A stretch of 63,487 nt of DNA, filler included, from Stramenopiles sp. TOSAG23-2 (Eukaryota), in the NCBI GenBank assembly GCA_900128395.1. It is 20 parts of 20 records of this genome, joined end to end, with 100 filler letters (N's around TTAATTAATTAA, not from the genome) between each part and the next. Parts side by side here need not be neighbours in the genome. Positions count along the whole stretch, not along the records: positions 1 to 3,320 come from LT651263.1; positions 3,421 to 6,739 come from LT651264.1; positions 6,840 to 10,157 come from LT651265.1; 17 more parts are not named here. One strand, 5' to 3'. The notes under the pieces are model-generated. The model worked only from the letters and a program-made list of their open reading frames with translations. It searched no databases and was not told the DNA's origin. Below, one piece after another: positions 1-10,257 of this stretch. Each line of letters opens with the position of its first letter. Position 1 is the stretch's first letter. The translations under genes and the position numbers were made by a program.

Positions 1-279
1 TAGATTTGTAGTGTTTGATATATTTGATAGGCCAGAATAGGTGTTTTTTGTACTTCATTTACTTTCTGCAATTACTCTTTGTGCCTTTTGCACCTTTTGC
101 TTTAGCTCAAAACAGCAGAGGTTGCAGAGCAACAACAAAAGTTGCAAAATCTTCCTGCAAAAGGCAAAAACGACAAAAATCAATAAACAAACAAGAAATA
201 TATCCAAGAATAGAAACATAGAATGCCATCTACAACAAACAAACAGATATACGAAGGAATAAAAAGATAATATTAAACC

Positions 280-1404
280 ATGTCATATTCCCAAGATGTC
301 GAGACCATATCGCAAATGTTCGATGGCATCGATAAAGCAGTAATACAAGCAGTATATAGTGTAAATAATAATAATTTGGAACGGACGATAGATAATTTGC
401 TTGCAATGAACAGTGCTGGAGAACAACAACAACAATCAACACAAAATGCTTCTTCCAATAATAATACCTTTCGTAATAATAATGGACAACGTAATGATAA
501 TATCCCAATATCTTCAAGTCTTGCCGAGGCAAGAGCATTGGAACAGCGTCGCCGTCAAAATCGACAAGGAACGACAAGTAATAATAAAAACAATGGTAGG
601 ACTGCATTGAATCCTATAGTTATTGGTAATACTACTAATAATAGTACATCAAGTAAATGGAGAAATCCATTACCACCTGATTTTTTAAGACTAGCACCAG
701 AATTTATTGAAGCACGTTCGCGTAGTACATCGCAACCACAAAAAATGGATTTAAGAGATGAGGAATTAGCACGAATGTTGCAAAATGAAATATTCAGGGA
801 GCAATTGAAGGAAGATCCATTGTTTAATCGCTTAATGGCACAAGATCGTGAACAGCAACGCTTGCGTGCTGAGAGGCAAAGGGTTCAAGAAATGAGACGT
901 AATAATAATAATGGAAATCAACAAAGTGAAGGATCATCAACAAGTAATGATAGTGGTACTAGTTGGTTTGCTTCAATGGGTGATGGTTTAAAAAGTTTTA
1001 TCTCTGGTAAATATAAAGATAGTAGAAAACGTCGTCAAAAACAAAAAGAAAGACGAAGACAAAAGCAAAATGAAGGTGAAGATACATCCTTATTGTCAAC
1101 AGCAAATGATGAATACGATGATGATTCCGATGATGAGACGGATGAGGAAAATGTACCATTATTCGATGAAAATCATGATGATGGATTAGGTGAAGGTTTT
1201 GAACTTGGTACATGGAAACCAAATAAAAGCAATAATAACAATGATGATGACGACGATGTACTTTCAAATACACCAAAATCATCCCCAAACAATAAAAAAA
1301 AATTAGGCAGCAATGGCAGTAATAAGAAACAAAATAAAAAAGCATTTACATATGGTGGTGGTAGACGACAAAATTCATTAGATGATGTCGATGATCTTTT
1401 GTAA
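280..1404 (+). CDS. CUE-domain (ubiquitin-binding) protein, CUEDC1-like
   Basis: N-terminal CUE pattern SQMFDGIDKAVIQAVYSVNNNNLERTIDNLLAM. Downstream PLPPDFLR and DEELARMLQNE motifs resemble CUEDC1. Acidic low-complexity tail. Complete 374-aa ORF. Confidence 0.75.
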   Translation: MSYSQDVETISQMFDGIDKAVIQAVYSVNNNNLERTIDNLLAMNSAGEQQQQSTQNASSNNNTFRNNNGQRNDNIPISSSLAEARALEQRRRQNRQGTTSNNKNNGRTALNPIVIGNTTNNSTSSKWRNPLPPDFLRLAPEFIEARSRSTSQPQKMDLRDEELARMLQNEIFREQLKEDPLFNRLMAQDREQQRLRAERQRVQEMRRNNNNGNQQSEGSSTSNDSGTSWFASMGDGLKSFISGKYKDSRKRRQKQKERRRQKQNEGEDTSLLSTANDEYDDDSDDETDEENVPLFDENHDDGLGEGFELGTWKPNKSNNNNDDDDDVLSNTPKSSPNNKKKLGSNGSNKKQNKKAFTYGGGRRQNSLDDVDDLL

Positions 1405-1840
1405 AAAATTGGTACTGCAAGTGCATTTGAACAGAATAATCTAGGTAAACTATAATATCTCTCATATATAATAATTCTCTTATTTATATACTTCGTATAA
1501 AAAAATACGATCGTATGTATGATGTGTGTTTTGGTATCATATCATTAAATATTTGAGATGTCTGTCTTTGAATCTCAGATACGATCGTAAAATGATTAAT
1601 TTTTTAAAAAATATTAAATATAAAATAACTAAAAAATGTTTCATATAATAAAATACGAAAGTACACTTGTAATATTTTTATTTTTTATTTTTTTAAAAAC
1701 ACCACACACACACACATCATACTATATATTTTTCAAAAATCTTCACTGGCTATAATATATATACACTTGTTTAAATTATAAATAAGAGAATTTTTTATAT
1801 ACATGATATATAATTAACATAATATAATTATTAAAAATGT

Positions 1841-1876
<36 letters not shown>

Positions 1877-1880
1877 CTGC

Positions 1881-3251
1881 CTACAAATTTGCTCGTAACT
1901 GATGAATACGATTTCGCTCAGTTAAATCATCATCAATAGTTGCATATACAACTTGTTTTAATAATGGTGTTAATGGCAAAACAAAATCATTTCGAAACAT
2001 TAATGCGGTCATCATAACACAGAACATGTTTTCATATGGATCACAAAAAAATGTAGTTGAAGCTGCACCACCCCATCGGAAACTACCTTTACTATCTATT
2101 TGTTTTGATAATGCTGGATTGTATGATACTGAAAATCCCAAGCCAAAACCGGTGCCAGCTGCAGTTGTTTCTGTATAACCAGGCATTGCCATTGCATCCA
2201 TAAGTGCTGGAGCACCATCTTTTTCCAAATGATTTGTAGTCATCCATTCCAACGTTTTAGCTGATATAATTCTGTGACCACTTGGAGATTTGCCACCTAA
2301 CATTAACATTTCACAAAATCTTGCATAGTCCATTGCTGTACCACAAAGACCACCGCCACCTGATAAAAATCGATTATTTGGATTTTTGCGATGTTTACTG
2401 TATTGTCCACCAAGGCCTGCACCACCATCTACACCTGAAATATCACTTAATCCAGTAGCTTTTCCAGCCTTTGGTCCAGCTGCCATATTAAACCCAGCTC
2501 CTGCGGGCATCCATTTCCCAACAAATCGATCAACTTTATCATCATCACACCAAAAAGCGGTATCAATCATGCCTAATGGACCGAAAATATTTTCTTGTAA
2601 ATACTGATCTAATGACATACCAGATAAAACTTCTACTAGTCTTCCACAAACATCGGTGTTGTAGCCATAGGTATAATGATCACCAGGTTGAAACATCAAA
2701 GGTGCTTTTGCCAATCTATCGCAAAAAGAAGCTAGATTTGTTTCTTCTTCTTCTTTAAATCTTCGAGATTTAAGGGAAATAGTGCCTTCTTTGTAATAGA
2801 TCTCATCCACTTTGTTTGCAATTCCCTTCGCATCAAATCCATACGTCAAGCCTGATGTGTGTGTTAACAAATGTTTAATATTGATATTCTTGTTACATGG
2901 AACAGTTTTGTAACCATTTTTGAAGTCACCTGATTTATACACACGCATATTTTTCTTTTTCCATCCATCTCCTAAATAAAGGAAGGCAGGATCTGATAAC
3001 AAGAATTTTCCTTCTTCATATAGTTGCATTAGAGCTAAAGAAATGATTGGTTTACTCATGGAATAAAATCGAAAGATAGTATCTTTTCCAATTGGATCCC
3101 CCTTTGAGTTTCTTACCCCTGTAGCTTCATTGTAAGCCCACTTTCCATTTCTCCATAGAATAACCTGAGTATTTGGTAGTTTCTCATCATCTACTAAAGA
3201 TTGTTGCCACTTTTGTAATTTTTTCAATCTTCCATGATTAAAATTTGCCAT
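1881..3251 (-). CDS. Serine hydrolase, beta-lactamase class C / family VIII esterase-like
   Basis: SxxK (FRFYSMSKP), HLLTHTSGLTY, PLMFQPG..YTYG, GRLVEVLSG, SGGGGL, WGGAAST motifs. Complete intronless 456-aa ORF ending in -ANL. Confidence 0.9.
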   Translation of the reverse strand: MANFNHGRLKKLQKWQQSLVDDEKLPNTQVILWRNGKWAYNEATGVRNSKGDPIGKDTIFRFYSMSKPIISLALMQLYEEGKFLLSDPAFLYLGDGWKKKNMRVYKSGDFKNGYKTVPCNKNINIKHLLTHTSGLTYGFDAKGIANKVDEIYYKEGTISLKSRRFKEEEETNLASFCDRLAKAPLMFQPGDHYTYGYNTDVCGRLVEVLSGMSLDQYLQENIFGPLGMIDTAFWCDDDKVDRFVGKWMPAGAGFNMAAGPKAGKATGLSDISGVDGGAGLGGQYSKHRKNPNNRFLSGGGGLCGTAMDYARFCEMLMLGGKSPSGHRIISAKTLEWMTTNHLEKDGAPALMDAMAMPGYTETTAAGTGFGLGFSVSYNPALSKQIDSKGSFRWGGAASTTFFCDPYENMFCVMMTALMFRNDFVLPLTPLLKQVVYATIDDDLTERNRIHQLRANL

Positions 3252-3320
3252 ATCTTAATAAAAATTATATGATTTTTTCTTTTTCTTTAATTTTTCGTTG
3301 TGTATATATTATATTGTGTT

Positions 3321-3420
3321 NNNNNNNNNNNNNNNNNNNNNNNNNNNNNNNNNNNNNNNNNNNNTTAATTAATTAANNNNNNNNNNNNNNNNNNNNNNNN
3401 NNNNNNNNNNNNNNNNNNNN
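3321..3420. other. Artificial contig linker N44-TTAATTAATTAA-N44, first of 19. Others: 6740-6839, 10158-10257, 13576-13675, 16993-17092, 20404-20503, 23814-23913, 27222-27321, 30628-30727, 34034-34133, 37438-37537, 40842-40941, 44236-44335, 47630-47729, 51021-51120, 54412-54511, 57799-57898, 61182-61281, 62335-62434
   Basis: Identical 100-nt spacer with stops in all six frames. Contig lengths fall monotonically from 3320 to 3283 bp, then 1053 and 1053. Confidence 0.99.
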
Positions 3421-3597
3421 CTTGTTAGTGATCAATTATTTCTATATAAATCACGTCCCAATTTTCCATCCATTTTCAATGCTATATACATGCTAATTAA
3501 TAGCATTGACACAGCAAGGGATACAAGCGTCAACTGTTTCATACTGTGTAAGGATATCCCCCTTGTGCCCTTCACTTCAATCTACTGATGTATTATA

Positions 3598-3900
3598 TGC
3601 TGTATATGCTGGTATGCTGGTACTGTAATGCCTGCCGGCCTGGTATTACTGTAGATCTATATGCCAGGTCTATGCCAGTAGACACTACAGTATGCCTGGT
3701 ATGCACTCTGGCACTCCAGCACTCCAGCTAAGCTGGGCCGGCCAGCACTCTGGCCAGCTGGCCTGGGCTGGCATTCTGGCACTCCATCCAGGCCAGCTGG
3801 CCAGCACTCCATGCACTCCAGGCACTCCAGCTGTTTTCACTTTGCCTGGTTTGCCAGTTTGCCGTCTCAGCCAACCAAATCTACCATAACCATACCAGCT
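3598..3900. repeat. GC-rich degenerate short-motif repeat (GCACTCCAG / CCAGCTGG / TATGCCTGG units) upstream of DED1
   Basis: Many shuffled copies of GCACTC and CCAG/CTGG in an otherwise AT-rich intergenic region. Confidence 0.7.
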
Positions 3901-4095
3901 ATAATTATCGGGACCTCCACAGGTATACATGAATACAACTAATAACTATTCAAAAAAAATTATTATTATAATACTAAATTATATATAGAAAAGAGAGAGA
4001 GAGAGGGAGGGAGAGGTAGACGGAACTATTTAGTCAAAAGAAAGCAAATTTCACAAATTATATTTAAAATAAATTATTAACGTTACGCACATTTT

Positions 4096-6207
4096 ATGTC
4101 CAAGTACGTCCCTCCAGCACTCCGGAATGATAGTAAGAAGCAGAATGATTCCGGGGTCTCAAATAATAATCAAAAACCAAATAATAACCAAAAAAAACAA
4201 CAAAATGTAAAACCTCAACAAAACAACAACAACAACAACAATAGTAATAATAATTACTCACAACAAGATGGTGGCACCACATTGTTCGACAGAAATCTCG
4301 CTAACAATGACAATCGTGGCCGTAGAGATGATAACCGTGGTGGTAATCGTGGAAACTATGATAGAAGAGGAGGAGGAGGAAGACCACAACAAAACAACAG
4401 ATGGAATGATTTCCGCAATAGTGACGACAGACGTGGGGGTGGTGGTGGTGGGTATGATGATCGACGTGGTGGGTATGATGATCGACGTGGTGGGTATGAT
4501 GATCGACGTGGTGGCTACAATCGCGGTTATGACGATCGCGATCGCAGAGGAGGCGGTGGATACAACAACAACAGAAACAATCGTAACTCTCGACATGGAT
4601 ATGGACGCCAAGGCGGAGGTCAAGGTCGACAAAATGAACTGGGATATCACGGATCACTACGAAGAAATCAACGAATTGAAACGGAATTATTTGGTAACAT
4701 AATCAAATCTGGTATCAATTTTGATCAATACGATAACATTCCAATTGAAGTAGGTGGTGAGGGTTGTCCAGATCCTATCTCTGAATACACAGCTGATGTG
4801 CTTGGGGCACCGTTACATGCTTGTTGTGTACTAGCACAATATTCAAGACCAACACCAATACAAAAATATAGTATTCCCGTTGGTAGCGCTGGGCGTGACT
4901 TGATGGCATGTGCGCAAACAGGTAGTGGGAAAACCGCTGGTTTTCTATTTCCTGCAATCCTTGTCATGCTTAGGGAAGGTCCTAGAGAACGACCAGAGGA
5001 GAAATACCAATCAAGATACCCGCGTGCGTATCCTGGTGCGCTTATCATGGCACCGACTCGCGAATTAGCATCTCAAATCCATGACGAGGCAAGAAAGTTC
5101 ACCTATATGACTGGTCTTTCACCAGTTGTGGTATATGGTGGTGCTGATGTACGGCAACAAATGCGCGAGCTTGAAAGAGGTTGTGATATTTTAACCGCAA
5201 CACCGGGTCGCTTAGGTGATTTGATTGAACGTGGTCGCATTTCATTGGCATGCATACGCCTTTTAATACTTGATGAAGCGGATCGCATGCTTGATATGGG
5301 ATTTGAACCTCAAATACGTAAAATTGTTGAAGAAGAAGATTTACCTTTAAAAGAAGATAGGCAAACGTTTATGTTTAGTGCAACATTTCCACCAGAAATT
5401 CAAAGACTTGCTGGTGATTTTTTGAACGATTATATCTTTCTTGCCGTAGGTCGTGTTGGGGCTGCGTCGAACGATGTCACCCAGCATCTTGAATATGTAG
5501 AAGAACAAGACAAAACGTCGTTTTTAATCCGATATTTAAATACGATTGATGAAGGTTTGGTCTTGGTTTTTGTCATGACAAAACGTGGTGCTGATTCTTT
5601 AGAAAATACATTGATTCGTGAAGGATTTCCAACCACTTCTATTCATGGCGATCGTAGTCAAAGAGAAAGAGAAGATGCATTGAATACTTTTCGTAGTGGC
5701 CAAACACCTATCATGGTAGCGACCGATGTTGCAGCCAGAGGTCTTGATATTAAAGGTGTGACGCACGTAATCAATTACGATATGCCTACCAATATTGATG
5801 ATTATGTACATCGTATCGGGCGTACCGGTCGTATAGGTGCATTGGGTCAAGCACTTGGTATGATGAACGAAAAAAATCGTAATATTGTAAGAGAATTACA
5901 CGAATTGATATCGGAATCTAATAGTGAAGTTCCACAATGGTTGGATGAAATGAATCGACAAGGTCGTTACGGTAGACGCAATGGAAAAAAGAAAGGTGGT
6001 GGCAATTTCGGTGCTAGGGATTATCGACGTGGCAATAATAATAATAATCGAAATAACAACAGAAATGGCGGCGGCTATGGCGGCGGTGGCGGTTATGGCG
6101 GCGGTGGCGGTTATGGCGGCGGTGGGGGCTACGGCGGCGGTGGCGGTAATAATCGGGGAAATCGTGGTGGTGGTGATGCAAGAAGCTCGGATAACAGTGC
6201 ATGGTAA
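4096..6207 (+). CDS. DED1: DEAD-box RNA helicase DED1/DDX3
   Basis: [12 protein letters not shown] motif [59 protein letters not shown]-terminal KYVPPALR and RGG-rich termini typical of DDX3/Ded1. Confidence 0.96.
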   Translation: MSKYVPPALRNDSKKQNDSGVSNNNQKPNNNQKKQQNVKPQQNNNNNNNSNNNYSQQDGGTTLFDRNLANNDNRGRRDDNRGGNRGNYDRRGGGGRPQQNNRWNDFRNSDDRRGGGGGGYDDRRGGYDDRRGGYDDRRGGYNRGYDDRDRRGGGGYNNNRNNRNSRHGYGRQGGGQGRQNELGYHGSLRRNQRIETELFGNIIKSGINFDQYDNIPIEVGGEGCPDPISEYTADVLGAPLHACCVLAQYSRPTPIQKYSIPVGSAGRDLMACAQTGSGKTAGFLFPAILVMLREGPRERPEEKYQSRYPRAYPGALIMAPTRELASQIHDEARKFTYMTGLSPVVVYGGADVRQQMRELERGCDILTATPGRLGDLIERGRISLACIRLLILDEADRMLDMGFEPQIRKIVEEEDLPLKEDRQTFMFSATFPPEIQRLAGDFLNDYIFLAVGRVGAASNDVTQHLEYVEEQDKTSFLIRYLNTIDEGLVLVFVMTKRGADSLENTLIREGFPTTSIHGDRSQREREDALNTFRSGQTPIMVATDVAARGLDIKGVTHVINYDMPTNIDDYVHRIGRTGRIGALGQALGMMNEKNRNIVRELHELISESNSEVPQWLDEMNRQGRYGRRNGKKKGGGNFGARDYRRGNNNNNRNNNRNGGGYGGGGGYGGGGGYGGGGGYGGGGGNNRGNRGGGDARSSDNSAW

Positions 6208-6839
6208 CTTTTAGTTGAGTGTGTATCACTATCGTAGACTCTCGCTATACTGTAAAAAAAAACTTTTTATCTCACAAAAGTATATTTTATTAATAATTTA
6301 ATATATATATATATATATATGACCCACACTAGTGTGAGATACGTAGATTATTTCACTTATTGTATTCTTTTGAAGAGTAGGAATTATCATGAGTATATTA
6401 AAACAATAAATTATGCGTTAAATTTAATAAATATATGTGACCCCGTTTATTTGAGAGAGGACTTTTTTGGCCCTAAATGGTTTTTGGTAAATATTTCTAG
6501 TAGACCAGAGATTTCAACCAATATTTGAGGGAAAAAAAACATAATTAAAAAATAAAAAACAAACATGTAAATATTATCGGAATGTGTGATAATACATGAA
6601 ATGAAATTGTTTTTGTGATGGATTACTTAAATAGATGTACAACTTCACAATTGTGTCATTTCACTTTCTGTTGATCAAAAAAAATATTCTTTATATGTAT
6701 AAAATCACCGTCGTGCCCTTTATAAAAATGCTCAATTTGNNNNNNNNNNNNNNNNNNNNNNNNNNNNNNNNNNNNNNNNNNNNTTAATTAATTAANNNNN
6801 NNNNNNNNNNNNNNNNNNNNNNNNNNNNNNNNNNNNNNN

Positions 6840-8734
6840 AGGGAATATTAGGATCAGCTTCACATTGTTCAATCAAATATTTAACTATTTGGAAATGTTC
6901 GTTCGATGCAGCCATCATTAAAGGTGTATAATCATAACCTAAACTACGTTTACCTTCTTGATTCACGTATTCTTTCAATGTCATATTATTATTATTACCA
7001 TTACTACCACCATTTCCATCATGTCCTGTAAGCAATAATTTTACATCCTCCAAAAGTCCTTTTTCACATGCGCATACTAATGGCGTACCGTCTGGAAATT
7101 CTTTCTTATATTTCCTAAATATCTCAGTATCATCAGCATATGCAATATCTACCAAATAATCAACTATCTCTTGATGATCGTTCTCTGCAGCTGCCACTAA
7201 AGGTGTACTTCCATTGCCATCACTATCTTTACCTTCTTGATTCATTGCCATTACTATCTTTACCGACTTGATTCACATATTCTTTCAATGTCATATTATT
7301 ATTATTACCATTACTACCACAATTTTCATCATGTCCTGTAAGCAATAATTTTACATCCTCCAAACGTCCTTTTTCACATGCACATACTAAAGGCGTTCCT
7401 TCTGCGAATGAATTTTTTAACGCTTCATTTATACGGGCAACAATTACACGTCCATCCTTTGCCTTTATCAGAGCAACAATGTCTTCTTTAATTGTACTTC
7501 TGTTACAATATGCTGAACACAATGATGTGTGTCCACAATCATTTGTCAGGTTGATACTATTACGGTTCATTTCGCGCAATAATATTTCCACGGTCCATAT
7601 CCTCATCCCATGCACTTGTTGATACCCGTTTGATCCATCTCTTTTATATTGTTGTATCCCTTTTAATTGTGATTTCATATTACCACTAAGTTGATTATTA
7701 ATTAGGTTCAAGTATTTTAATGATTTGTTTGTTTTTAATGCGTCAATAATACTTTGTATTCCACCATCATCAGTAATATTATTATCTTGTAGGTCCAATA
7801 CCTTTAATGTAGTGTTTGTTGTTAATGCTTCCCCAATACTTTGTACATTGGTTGTGCTCGTGGGTTTTCTTTTGTTTGCTGTGCTATTATTATTACATAG
7901 GTACAATTTCTTTAATGTAGTGTTTGTTTTTAATCCTTCACCAATACTTTGTACATCAGTAGTATTAAGACCACTTAGGTTCAAGTATGTTAATGTGCTG
8001 TTTGTTTTTAATGCTTCACCAATACTTTGTACATCAGCACGACAACAATCACCGAACACGGACCAAAAACAAGGAGCCATTCCACAAACATGACCACAAT
8101 CATCGAAAGTCATTCCAATTATAGTGTTGTTCGTTTTTAATGCTTCACCGATACTTTGTACATCATCATTATTAACACAACAACACCAATTTACCCAAGA
8201 ACTACAACAAAAACATACTCTACAATAGAGCATATCCCACCGCCAATATTGCAATAATAACCAGTTATTATGTTCTTTTCTTGAACATGTAAGTGTTATG
8301 GGACGTTCGACATTTAAAAGCGCAAGCGTTGAATCATCTAAATTGGTAACTTCATGTTCAAAACTATCTGGTCCTTCCCCAACACGAATACTTTCTATCA
8401 TATCACCAACTTTCATTCCATTTGATTTTGCATATTCCATAATTGATGAATGAATCGATTTTATAGATACCTTATACTCCGCCTCTTTTTGATTCTCAAT
8501 GTCAGTATTTTTATCGAAACCAGTAGAACTACTACTACTACTACTTATAGGATTAGGTATAGCGTTATTATTTATTCTTACTTGTTTCTGAAATTCACCA
8601 ATTGTTCCATGTTCTGGTAGAAATGTGATAGAATAACGCTTTTCCTTGACCGCAGGTCCGCCGTAGTAGACGCAGCAGCGACGGAAAGGACAGGTGAAAC
8701 AATGCCAAATGCAACATAGAGCAACAGCACCCAT
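6840..8734 (-). CDS. Cys-rich, possibly lipid-anchored protein with RNI-like leucine-rich repeats and ankyrin repeats. 3'-partial, with an apparent frameshift near 7229-7260
   Basis: Likely start MGAVALCC at 8734. Repeats of VQSIGEALKTNxTLxxLxLxxNxI (RNI-like LRR). Ankyrin units GTPLVCACEKG, TPLVAAAENDHQEIVDYLV, TPLMMAASNEHFQIVKYLIEQCEADPN. ORFs 7229..8779 and 6784..7251 join across a ~31-bp imperfect duplication. Confidence 0.8.
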
Positions 8735-9171
8735 ATTGATAAATGTATATGTTGCTTGTATCTGTATACAATAAAACAAAACAGTAGCAAAATATCACTG
8801 TTTAAATTTCTTTTCTTTTTTTACCTATCCAGATACGACGTGTAATCAATGGGTAAATGAATGTCAAATATGTTCTAGGCAAACAAACAAACGTTTATTG
8901 GATGCAAGTTATGGTTGCAATGGTTGCAATATGGTTGCAATGTGGTTGCAATATGTGTAGCAGCAGTGATTCCGCTTCTCCCAAGAAAAAAGTTTGGTGT
9001 TGGATATATATATATAATATTAGGATGGAATATATAATATATATTGTAGTCATCATAGACAATAATTTTGGTTTTATTTATTGTGTATTTCGACAATGGC
9101 TTTCATCTTTCATCTTCGTCCTTCTTTTTGCTAACTCAAACTTATACTATTAATACAATGTTACCTATATG

Positions 9172-9650
9172 TAGAGCTGCTCCGTTTTATGTCGGGTGGT
9201 CGGGTAGTGGGGGTGGGGGGTGTTCAAACGCTTCAAATGCTCCATATGCCGTATCTGACGATATTAAAATTTACAACACTTAAATAATTAAATTTTCAGT
9301 TTTCCAATAAAAATTATTATTAGTCACATAATACTAGTTAAGGTAATTAATATACTAATCGTTAAATAACTACTAATATTTAAGATATAATAATGTAAGA
9401 AGTATATAATTAAATTATATACTTATTACACTACGTGTTTATATAGATTAATTTTAGTCTAGTTTATTCTTTTAATTACCTTAACTAGTATTATGTGACT
9501 AATAATAATTTTTATTCGAAAACTGAAAATTTAATTATTTAAGTGTTGTAAATTTTAATATCGGCAGATGGAGCATATGGAGCATTTGAAGCGTTTGAAC
9601 ACCCCCCACCCCCACTACCCGACCACCCGACATAAAACGGAGCAGCTCTA
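9172..9650. mobile_element. MITE / non-autonomous DNA transposon with ~179-bp terminal inverted repeats
   Basis: 9172-9350 (TAGAGCTGCTCCGTTTTATGTCGG...AAGGTAATTAA) is the near-perfect reverse complement of 9472-9650, around a 121-bp AT-rich core with no coding capacity. Confidence 0.85.
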
Positions 9651-10257
9651 GTATATAAAAAGAGTGTTGTATGACTGATAACTGTTAATATTTGTTGTGT
9701 TTGTTCAGGACCAAGGACTCTCATAGTTCTTCTGGGATTGTTCGCGTGTAAAATTTTCATCTATGCGTTGCAAAGGTCCAACTAACCAATCCCCGACAGC
9801 CCATATCGTATTTATTTCTTCTTGGGGACTGTTTTGTTCTGTGTTGTCATTGTTTTGATATTAGGATACACATATAAGAAGATTACCTACGGCAAAATTA
9901 TTTATAAGACAGTGTTTCAGTCGTGGATAGACCAAGGATTAAGTTTTTAGTTGCTATACCAGTTAGAAAAAAATATATAGGAAAATAGCTTACTTAAAGG
10001 TATTTACACTACCAAGAATCTTCTTCTTCGTTCATTATATATATATGTCTTTATTGATAGTTCAGTCACCTTTTTTTTACATGCACACAGCAGGGGCAAC
10101 ATATCGACACTGAATTAACATCCTCATTGAATTAGAATGCTATTTACAACTTCATTANNNNNNNNNNNNNNNNNNNNNNNNNNNNNNNNNNNNNNNNNNN
10201 NTTAATTAATTAANNNNNNNNNNNNNNNNNNNNNNNNNNNNNNNNNNNNNNNNNNNN

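Noticed and set aside
1881-3251. Antibiotic-resistance beta-lactamase or bacterial contaminant contig
   Set aside because: Motifs fit the broad esterase-like family, there is no signal peptide, and the contig carries a eukaryotic gene and microsatellites.
3365-3376. Regularly spaced identical TTAATTAATTAA motif as a biological repeat or CRISPR-like array
   Set aside because: It is always centred in N-runs and is an artificial six-frame-stop contig linker.
4258-5850. Numerous short antisense or alternate-frame ORFs overlapping DED1 and other long genes
   Set aside because: They are shadow ORFs of low-complexity coding sequence with no independent motifs.
9068-9760. Two ORFs on opposite strands sharing RAAPFYVGWSGSGGGGCSNASNAPYA
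   Set aside because: Both are translations of the MITE inverted repeats.
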